64,000 nucleotides of DNA from Candidatus Dojkabacteria bacterium. GTDB taxonomy: Bacteria; Patescibacteriota; Dojkabacteria; SC72. A program made the position numbers and the translations under genes. The notes beneath the pieces were generated by a model that was not told where the DNA came from, ran no database searches, and worked only from the letters and a program-made list of their open reading frames with translations. Positions 57,321 through 64,000 of this stretch are shown here, piece by piece. The stretch is taken from contig JAXGOY010000002.1 of assembly GCA_040767225.1 (NCBI GenBank), positions 17,410-81,409 of the forward strand, in the 5' to 3' direction. Position 1 is the stretch's first letter. Each line of letters starts with the position of its first letter.

Positions 57321-58529
57321 TTAATATGAGTACTTTGATTCTGGAGAAGGTTTTTCCTTTTCTTTTTTTGTTTTTGCCTTGTAGTTTGTAAATACAATAA
57401 ATCCTATTACTAATGCAGTACCAAATATTAAAGCAAAATATCTAAGTGCACCTGTTGCAAGGATTGCAAAAGAGCCTACAAGCAGGGCAACAGCAGTTTC
57501 TATTAAAAGAATTTGTACACTTGTAAAATTAAGTTTAAGAAGTTGATGATGAAGATGTGAAGTATCATTTATTTTCATTAGCTCAATAGGGTTTTTAGGT
57601 TTGTATGTTATATATCTATAAATTATTACATATATCGCATCAATTATTGGAAGTGCTAGAAGCATTATTGTAGTAGAAAATTTTGCTCCACTTATTAGTG
57701 CTAATATGCTTATTAGAAATCCATAAACTGATTTTCCACTTGAACCAGACATAATTTTAGGTGGAGGAAATGCAAAGTAAAGGAGAGAAAGAAGGGTACC
57801 GGATATAAATATGGATAAGGTGCTTGAAAAGAGGGAATATGTTCTTACACTTATTACAAACAAAAGCAGAAATATGGAAAGAGAATATGATTCTACTAAT
57901 CCTGGTGAGCCACCTACCCACTTCACAGAATTAATACAAAGCAGAATCCAGCATATTAAAATCAAGTCTCCTGGAAACACAAAAGATATTGGCATTGAGA
58001 GAATATTTGTACTCCAAGTAGATTGTGTAAGATTAAGGATATCGTTAGTAAAAAAGCTAATATTTGAGAGATCTATTACAGAAAATGCAATAACTGATGC
58101 TGCAATTATTTGATATCCAAGCTGAACCTTTGCTGGTAAGTTTAAAACATCATCAAGTACAGACCCTATTATTAGGATTAAGAGAGCAATAGTAATTGCT
58201 GATATCACAGGATCAAATCTAAAAAACAGAGGAATTGCAATTAAAAGAGGGATAGTAACAGCTAATCCTCCTAGGGCTGGGGTCTCTTTCTCATGTATTG
58301 CTTTTTGAGGATTGTCAAACTCCCTATTTTTTCTTCTTACTCCAGGTTTATAAGTTATCCCAAATTTAATAGCGAGTTTTCCTATTAATGGAATTATTAT
58401 GAAAGACACAATTAAACCTATTAAAAGAACTGGCCAGTAGCTTAAATATTTCCCATATTGAGATGTCATGTCTACATTCCCAATGTTAAGTATTTTCTCT
58501 AATAATTTTGTTGGTACTGAACTATCCAT
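57321..58529 (-). CDS. Glycosyltransferase family 4 polyprenyl-phosphate hexosamine-1-phosphate transferase (MraY/WecA family)
   Basis: 402 aa. Polytopic. Motifs VLDDVLNLPAKVQLGYQ and ...DTSHLHHQLL (HHH-type) characteristic of the MraY/WecA superfamily. Confidence 0.7.
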   Translation of the reverse strand: MDSSVPTKLLEKILNIGNVDMTSQYGKYLSYWPVLLIGLIVSFIIIPLIGKLAIKFGITYKPGVRRKNREFDNPQKAIHEKETPALGGLAVTIPLLIAIPLFFRFDPVISAITIALLILIIGSVLDDVLNLPAKVQLGYQIIAASVIAFSVIDLSNISFFTNDILNLTQSTWSTNILSMPISFVFPGDLILICWILLCINSVKWVGGSPGLVESYSLSIFLLLFVISVRTYSLFSSTLSIFISGTLLSLLYFAFPPPKIMSGSSGKSVYGFLISILALISGAKFSTTIMLLALPIIDAIYVIIYRYITYKPKNPIELMKINDTSHLHHQLLKLNFTSVQILLIETAVALLVGSFAILATGALRYFALIFGTALVIGFIVFTNYKAKTKKEKEKPSPESKYSY

Positions 58530-58532
58530 TTT

Positions 58533-58979
58533 TTAAAAGATTAAAACTAATTTCATAAATATGAAACAGATTGAGATATTTGAAAGAAGACAAACTATCT
58601 CAAGAACCTTTATTAACTCTCTCTCTTTATGATAATAGCTGTTTGCAAGGGCTATTGTACATAGCAGTATTAAAAAGGATAAAACAGGGAAAAAGTAAAT
58701 ATATTGATTAGCAACTAGTCTCTTTGACGGGTTAAGGAAATAGTTAAAAACTGGTACTTTACTTGGGATTCGGGTTTTACTTTGTATTGTATAAACTTGA
58801 GTAGCAATAAGAGCAAGTGATGTTATTATTACAAACCAAGTAAGTGGATCTTTTACAAACTTCTTTGTTTCTATCCCAGCAAGCCATAATTCATATTGGT
58901 TTTTGTATTTGTAATAGATATTTTTAGGTGTATCTGGAAGGGTTAGCTCTAACTGTTTTTCTTTTTTCTTCTTTGTCAT
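58533..58979 (-). CDS. Hypothetical membrane protein
   Basis: 148 aa with four hydrophobic helices. Confidence 0.3.
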   Translation of the reverse strand: MTKKKKEKQLELTLPDTPKNIYYKYKNQYELWLAGIETKKFVKDPLTWFVIITSLALIATQVYTIQSKTRIPSKVPVFNYFLNPSKRLVANQYIYFFPVLSFLILLCTIALANSYYHKERELIKVLEIVCLLSNISICFIFMKLVLIF

Positions 58980-59000
58980 TAAAGCAATTATACCAAATGC

Positions 59001-59729
59001 TTAAGAAGAATATTCATATAGCTTGATAAAATCGTCTAATGATAATTGTTCTGGTCTTAAATTCTTAAATTCTTGTGCACCCTTCTCAAATCTTGTACCT
59101 TTAAGATTGTTTAATATATTCTTTCTTGGTTGTCTAAATGAGAGTTTGATGAGGTTAGCAATATCTTCCTTGTTATTAATTTTTCTGCTTGTTGGAGAAA
59201 ATGAAATAAAGGAACTGGTGACATGGGGCTTTGGTCTAAATGAATCAGGGGAGATATCAAATACTTTTTTACAATCAGCATACATTGCTGTTGTAAGAGA
59301 AAGAATGGAGTATGGTTGTTTGTATAGATATTTCTCTGCAACTTCTTTTTGAATAATAAAAAATGATGGATTTGTAAAATATTTACTTTCTATTATCTTC
59401 TTAATTATTTTCTTTGAGACATTAAATGGGAGAGACCCAAAAAAGGTTGTATTTTCACCTGCGATTGTATTAAGGTCAATATCTAAGAAATCATTATTAA
59501 TTACTAAAATCTTTGGAAATTGAAATTTAAGATTTTGTGCAATCTCCCTATCTTTTTCTATTACTATTACATTCTCAAATTTTTTAATTAGCTTTTCTGT
59601 AAAGAAACCTAATCCTGGTCCTATTTCAACTACTGATGTACAGTTTGAATTTGCAAGGATATTGATAATATAGTTTCCTAGGTTCTCATTTACAAAGAAA
59701 TTTTGTCCTAAAGACTTTTTAATCTTCAT
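59001..59729 (-). CDS. rsmA: 16S rRNA (adenine1518/1519-N6)-dimethyltransferase
   Basis: 242 aa. KSLGQNFFVNENL...VVEIGPGLGFFTEKL matches the KsgA/RsmA signature. Confidence 0.9.
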   Translation of the reverse strand: MKIKKSLGQNFFVNENLGNYIINILANSNCTSVVEIGPGLGFFTEKLIKKFENVIVIEKDREIAQNLKFQFPKILVINNDFLDIDLNTIAGENTTFFGSLPFNVSKKIIKKIIESKYFTNPSFFIIQKEVAEKYLYKQPYSILSLTTAMYADCKKVFDISPDSFRPKPHVTSSFISFSPTSRKINNKEDIANLIKLSFRQPRKNILNNLKGTRFEKGAQEFKNLRPEQLSLDDFIKLYEYSS

Positions 59730-60655
59730 TAAACTCTAAAATCCCAGATATTATCTTTTTTAAGATATTCATTCTTACAGTGTCTGCAAACTGCTCTTTT
59801 ACTTGTTATCTCTAACTCTCCTTTACATTGTGGGCACACTAAAATATCTTCTATTCTTTTACTCTCTTCTTTTCTATCATTTTCCTTTTTAGCTACTGCT
59901 TTTATAAATATACTTGGAGAGAAGTTTGTAAAGGAAAGTGTATTTTGAAATATGTTTTCCCAAAATAGAAGGAAATTTGTTTTAAAGATTTTTTTAAGAA
60001 TATTAATTCTTAAGAAAGAACAACCATATTTTTTCTCTATAATATATCCTGCTTCTGTAAGAATTTTATAGATATATTTAGGATGATAGTTAAGAAAAAG
60101 TACATGAGAGCCTTGCTTAGTTCCTTCATAATGATGTTTATCAGGCTGTTGATATGGAGAGATATTAAAAAATGAAAAATTTAAAGTAAACAAAGCTTTT
60201 ATAGTTGCTTTAATATGTATTTTATTTGCAAACTCCTGAATATATATTCCATTATTACTTTGTGTTCTAAATATTTCGGATATACATTTTTGTGGTTCTT
60301 CAATATGGTGCAGTACCCTTACCATCAGTGCTCCATCAAATACATTATCTTTAAATGGAAGAAAGTAGGCATTAGCAGCAATTAACTCTATATTAGGATA
60401 TTTACTTTTTAGCTCTTTATAGTTTTTTTGAAGGGTTTTAAGAGAATAATCAGCTATTACTGTTCTTGAATATTTTTTGTGATAGCTATCTGTAAGTCTG
60501 CCAAAGGAGCCTCCAACATCAAGAAACCATTTCCCCTTCTCGTTCTTTAAGAGTTTTTTAAGTACAAGACTCTCAGCTTCATGTTCATACTTCCTTTTAC
60601 TCCAGTATGTACTGTAGTCATAGTCATATGTATCATAATCTGCTACTTTGCTCAT
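59729..60655 (-). CDS. Class I SAM-dependent methyltransferase with C-terminal Trm112-like zinc ribbon
   Basis: 308 aa. LDVGGSFGRL (motif I). C-terminal CPQCKGELE...CRHCKNEY zinc ribbon. Confidence 0.65.
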   Translation of the reverse strand: MSKVADYDTYDYDYSTYWSKRKYEHEAESLVLKKLLKNEKGKWFLDVGGSFGRLTDSYHKKYSRTVIADYSLKTLQKNYKELKSKYPNIELIAANAYFLPFKDNVFDGALMVRVLHHIEEPQKCISEIFRTQSNNGIYIQEFANKIHIKATIKALFTLNFSFFNISPYQQPDKHHYEGTKQGSHVLFLNYHPKYIYKILTEAGYIIEKKYGCSFLRINILKKIFKTNFLLFWENIFQNTLSFTNFSPSIFIKAVAKKENDRKEESKRIEDILVCPQCKGELEITSKRAVCRHCKNEYLKKDNIWDFRV

Positions 60656-62360
60656 ATTTTTGTTTTTCTTTAGTTAAAGCTTGAAACTCTTTAAGCAGTC
60701 TTTCACTCTCTTTTATATTTCCTGTTTCTTCTGCTGTAGCTATTTTAACACCATACTCTCTCTCTTTTCTAGCGAAATAGTCACGAATAATTGTATTATA
60801 CATATTAAGTAAATCTTGCGTGGAACTTTCCTCTTTAGAAAAGGAAAATATAGTATTCTCTATAAGCTCTTTTATCCTGTCATTATCATCGAAATTTTTT
60901 AGAATTTCTTCTCTTGTGGCATTAGGATTTTCCTTTATGTATGCTATTATTTCTTTGACTCTCTCATCGTCAAAAAATTTTAAATCAAAATTTTCCACAG
61001 AATATAGGCCATTTTGGAATAGAAGCAGTTGGAGGAAATCTTCTTCATGAGTAGCAATTTTGCTAGATGTGATACCACTATTTTTCGTTTGGTGTGAAAC
61101 TGGCGTCATATCAAGCCTTTTAAGAGGTTCAATTTTTGTGATCTTAAAAGTCTTTTGAGAATAGTAGTGCAAAAGTGTAGGATTCTTTACATTTGACAAC
61201 ATTTTTTCTATCCATGAAACAATCTGTTGATAGTCTTCGTAGCGATTTATGTCTCGTGACGCGATAAACTGGGTAAGAAGATAAGTGTAGGCATCTAATT
61301 TCTTAGAAATTATTTTCTTAAATTTCTCTGGATTTGTCTTTATCATCTCATCTATATCTTTATATGGGGCTGTGGTTACAGCATATGTATTTAAAGATAG
61401 CTCTTGTGAAAGAATAAATGCTCTTTCTAAAGCCTTTTGCCCTGCACTGTCGCTATCAAAAAGAAAAAGAACATTTTTTGTTAATTTTGATACTTTCTCA
61501 AGCTGTTCTTTTGTAAGAGATGTGCCAAGAGGTGCTACGATATTTTTCACTCCTATTTGATGTGCAGAGATTACATCCGTTGTTCCCTCACACAGTATTA
61601 TGAGATCTTGTTTTCGTGCCTCTTGTCTTGATTCGTACTGTCCATAAAGATTATCCTTTTTATGATATATTGGTGTCTCTGGTGAGTTCATATATTTAGG
61701 ACCAAACTCATTTCTAGGTAACACTCTTCCTGTAAAAGCTATTACTTTTCCAGTTGATGACCTTATTGGGAACATTATTCTTTTAAAGAATTTGCTTCTT
61801 AACTTTCCTTCTTTTTCAACAAATAGCCCAGATTGAAGAAGTTCACTTTTTGAGTATTTATTTTCTTTTTGAATATAGTCTAAAAGACCTAGACCACCTG
61901 GAGCGTATCCTATACCAAAGTTTTTAATACTTTCATCTGTTATACCTCTTTCTTCTTTAACATAATGTAGTGCTTGTATATTTTTAGGTTCTTTTAACTG
62001 TTTATAGAAGTATATTGCAGCTTTTCTATTTATTTCCTCTAATCTCTCAAAGAATGTGTTAGCTTTCTGCCTAGTTAAAGTTACACCAGCCTCTTTTGCG
62101 AGTTTTTCTAATGCTTCTGGGAAATCGATATTTTCTATTTTTTGAACAAATGTAAAGATATCTCCATTCTCACCGCATCCAAAGCATTTATATCTTTGAA
62201 GCTCTGGGCTTACCATAAAGGAGGGAGTTTTTTCAGTATGAAATGGACATTTCGCAGTATAGTTTTTTCCTGCTTTCTTTAAAGGTAAGTACTTTCCTAT
62301 AACATCAACAATATCCAACCTGTTCTTAATCTCTTCTATTTGATCTCTTGAAGATTCCAT
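60633..62360 (-). CDS. dnaG: DNA primase
   Basis: 575 aa. Zinc finger CPFHTEKTPSF...CFGCG, TOPRIM region ...LCEGTTDVISAHQ.... Confidence 0.9.
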   Translation of the reverse strand: MESSRDQIEEIKNRLDIVDVIGKYLPLKKAGKNYTAKCPFHTEKTPSFMVSPELQRYKCFGCGENGDIFTFVQKIENIDFPEALEKLAKEAGVTLTRQKANTFFERLEEINRKAAIYFYKQLKEPKNIQALHYVKEERGITDESIKNFGIGYAPGGLGLLDYIQKENKYSKSELLQSGLFVEKEGKLRSKFFKRIMFPIRSSTGKVIAFTGRVLPRNEFGPKYMNSPETPIYHKKDNLYGQYESRQEARKQDLIILCEGTTDVISAHQIGVKNIVAPLGTSLTKEQLEKVSKLTKNVLFLFDSDSAGQKALERAFILSQELSLNTYAVTTAPYKDIDEMIKTNPEKFKKIISKKLDAYTYLLTQFIASRDINRYEDYQQIVSWIEKMLSNVKNPTLLHYYSQKTFKITKIEPLKRLDMTPVSHQTKNSGITSSKIATHEEDFLQLLLFQNGLYSVENFDLKFFDDERVKEIIAYIKENPNATREEILKNFDDNDRIKELIENTIFSFSKEESSTQDLLNMYNTIIRDYFARKEREYGVKIATAEETGNIKESERLLKEFQALTKEKQKYEQSSRL

Positions 62361-62385
62361 ACCTAATTATATCAATTTCTGAGAG

Positions 62386-63318
62386 TTATTCGCAGAGCAG
62401 TTTATTTTCTTGAATATTGCAGGTAATCTGACCTATACCTGTCTGTGCAGATGTCAAGATTTTAACCTCTTCTCCATTTACTTTTAAAGAGGTGTTGTTT
62501 GCTTTTCCTGTAACTAAGGTAAATGTTTTTTCTACTTTGTATTCATGTTGAGTGTTTTCTTGAAGTACTCCAGATATTTTGTTTTCTCCATCAACATCTA
62601 ACTTAATCCATGCTGGAGAATTGGTTATAGATAATGTGAGAATAAACTCTTTTGTTTCTGTAGGTGTTGCTATCTCTTCATCTTTTGGTGTATATGTTAC
62701 TCTTAATGTAATTTTGTTTTGCAGCTGCGTATTTGTTTCCTTCCATGCCTTTATTGATATTGTATTTACTCCTTGTGTAAGTTTGTATTCGTATTCAAAC
62801 TCTCCATTATTATTTACTTTTATCTGCTTCCCATTTATTTCAATAATTGCTCCTGATTGAGTTTTTCCTTTTATTAAAATATTCTCTTCCTGAGATGAAA
62901 ATTCATCTTGTGGCTGTAATATTGTTAATTCTGGGGGTTTTTGAAATTTATATATCTGATAACCAATATATCCCACAATTGAGATTAAAAAGAGTATTAA
63001 CAATCCTAATCCTATTGTCTTTGGAGATATTTTAATTTTTTTCTTTTCTCTCTTTGGCTTTTTAGTTTTTTTAGTTTTTGATGGTATATTGAGACTTCTT
63101 CTGTATAATGCAAGAACTTTGTCAACATCTAGACCTAAGTATTGTGCATATATTTTGATAAAACCAGAGGCAAATACTGGAGAATCAAACTTATCAAACT
63201 CATTATTCTCAATATATTCTAGATATCTTTTTTGTATTTTAGTATCTGAGCTTATTGTATCTAGGCTTTTTCCAAGGGCTTTTCTCTTTTCTTTTATTAC
63301 TTCACCAGCGGTTATCAT
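62386..63318 (-). CDS. RodZ-like protein (N-terminal HTH, TM, C-terminal beta domain)
   Basis: 310 aa. XRE-type HTH at the N-terminus, basic linker, TM near residue 100, C-terminal DUF4115-like region. Confidence 0.55.
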   Translation of the reverse strand: MITAGEVIKEKRKALGKSLDTISSDTKIQKRYLEYIENNEFDKFDSPVFASGFIKIYAQYLGLDVDKVLALYRRSLNIPSKTKKTKKPKREKKKIKISPKTIGLGLLILFLISIVGYIGYQIYKFQKPPELTILQPQDEFSSQEENILIKGKTQSGAIIEINGKQIKVNNNGEFEYEYKLTQGVNTISIKAWKETNTQLQNKITLRVTYTPKDEEIATPTETKEFILTLSITNSPAWIKLDVDGENKISGVLQENTQHEYKVEKTFTLVTGKANNTSLKVNGEEVKILTSAQTGIGQITCNIQENKLLCE

Positions 63319-63339
63319 ATATGAAAGAGTATATCAAAA

Positions 63340-64000
63340 CTAGAAGCTTTCTTGTTCATCGTTTTCAGAATTGCCTAATATCTCAGATGCAGAAGAGACT
63401 AAAACATCTCTTGGTTTAACACCATCTTGTTTTCCTATAGCTCCTGCAGCTTCAAGCTGTTCCATTAATCTTGCTGCCTTGTTGTACCCTATATTTAACC
63501 TTCTCTGTAGAAGAGAAGCTGAGGCTTTTCCTTCTGCAATGACAACATCAAGAGCTTGTGGGAATTCAGGCTCTCTTTTATCTGAGATGCCACCCAATCC
63601 TTTTCCAGCTGTTGGTTTTGTAATATCAAGTTCACCTTCCTCCTTTTCTTCCATCTTTTGTGATTTAACTTGATTTATAATGTACATTGAGTCTTCTGTA
63701 GATATGAAGCAACCTTGTATTCTTATTGGTTTTGACATTGTTTGATCTTTATACAGCATATCTCCATTTCCAAGAAGATTTTCTGCTCCTGTCTGATCTA
63801 AAATTACTCTTGAATCCATTGCTGAAGGTACTGCATATGCTATTCTTCCTGAGATATTTGACTTTATTAAACCTGTAATAACTGTTACTACTGGCTTTTG
63901 AGTTGCTAGTATTAAGTGTATTCCAACAGCTCTTCCCATTTGTGCAATTCTTTGGATTTTTGATTCTACTTCAGGTCCTGCAACAAGCATTAAATCTGCC
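63340..64000 (-). CDS. ftsK: DNA translocase FtsK/SpoIIIE, C-terminal part (motor end plus gamma winged-helix). Gene continues beyond the window end.
   Basis: The frame runs open past position 64000. ...LLQRRLNIGYNKAARLMEQLEAAGAIG is the FtsK gamma (KOPS-reading) domain signature, preceded by an ATPase-domain tail. Confidence 0.85.
   Translation of the reverse strand, partial: ADLMLVAGPEVESKIQRIAQMGRAVGIHLILATQKPVVTVITGLIKSNISGRIAYAVPSAMDSRVILDQTGAENLLGNGDMLYKDQTMSKPIRIQGCFISTEDSMYIINQVKSQKMEEKEEGELDITKPTAGKGLGGISDKREPEFPQALDVVIAEGKASASLLQRRLNIGYNKAARLMEQLEAAGAIGKQDGVKPRDVLVSSASEILGNSENDEQESF

Noticed and set aside
1-64000. Possibility of an alternative genetic code (UGA read as Gly or Trp, as in some CPR lineages), suggested by the CPR-like gene content and by polA and ftsK missing from the ORF track
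   Set aside because: Many ORFs of 500-1000 aa are intact under code 11 (ftsH, dnaA, helicase, valS, metG, dnaG and others). polA and ftsK are absent from the track only because they run off the window edges. Under UGA recoding, standard-code ORFs would be fragmented throughout, and they are not.

Overview
This is a low-GC (roughly one-third G+C) bacterial chromosomal segment read with the standard code. Long intact ORFs exist under code 11, so I found no evidence of UGA recoding. The gene content and protein style are typical of a streamlined, Patescibacteria/CPR-like genome. That placement is an inference from many small membrane proteins, a tandem array of VirB2/TrbC-like pilin paralogs, PilM/PilN/PilO-like pieces, and sparse metabolism.

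The window spans the replication-origin neighbourhood. The rpmH-rnpA-yidD-yidC-jag genes sit divergent from dnaA-dnaN, and DnaA-box-like motifs lie in both flanking intergenic regions.

Housekeeping genes recognised with confidence:
- Replication and repair: polA (5' part, runs off the window start), dnaA, dnaN, dnaG, nfo, a UvrD-family helicase-nuclease, and the ftsK motor/gamma end (runs off the window end).
- Translation and RNA: efp, smpB, valS, metG, rpoD, rsmA/ksgA, RNase J, a SpoU methyltransferase.
- Other: ftsH, hpt, glutamine synthetase.
- RNA genes: seven tRNAs and a tmRNA on the minus strand.

The tRNAs include an initiator tRNA with C1-A72, a second CAU tRNA, Ser-GCU, Ser-CGA, Ser-GGA, Arg-UCU, and an unusual tRNA-Ile with anticodon UAU.

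The most distinctive accessory content is a co-directional minus-strand block at 6972-17772. In order it holds:
- a VirD4/TraG-like P-loop ATPase;
- smpB;
- a PP2C-like membrane phosphatase with a large extracytoplasmic domain;
- small membrane proteins;
- a coiled-coil SpoIID/LytB-domain protein;
- six tandem paralogs of a two-TM VirB2/TrbC-like pilin, one of them frameshifted.

A second notable feature is a ~3.3 kb graveyard of frameshifted and start-mutated pseudogenes at 37880-41200. It lies immediately 3' of the tRNA-Ser(GGA)/tRNA-Arg(UCU) pair. A 23-nt direct repeat abuts the tRNA, and a YARHG-domain gene with higher-GC codon usage lies at its other edge. Together these fit a decaying integrated island.

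No CRISPR array, rRNA, or recognisable phage structural genes were seen.
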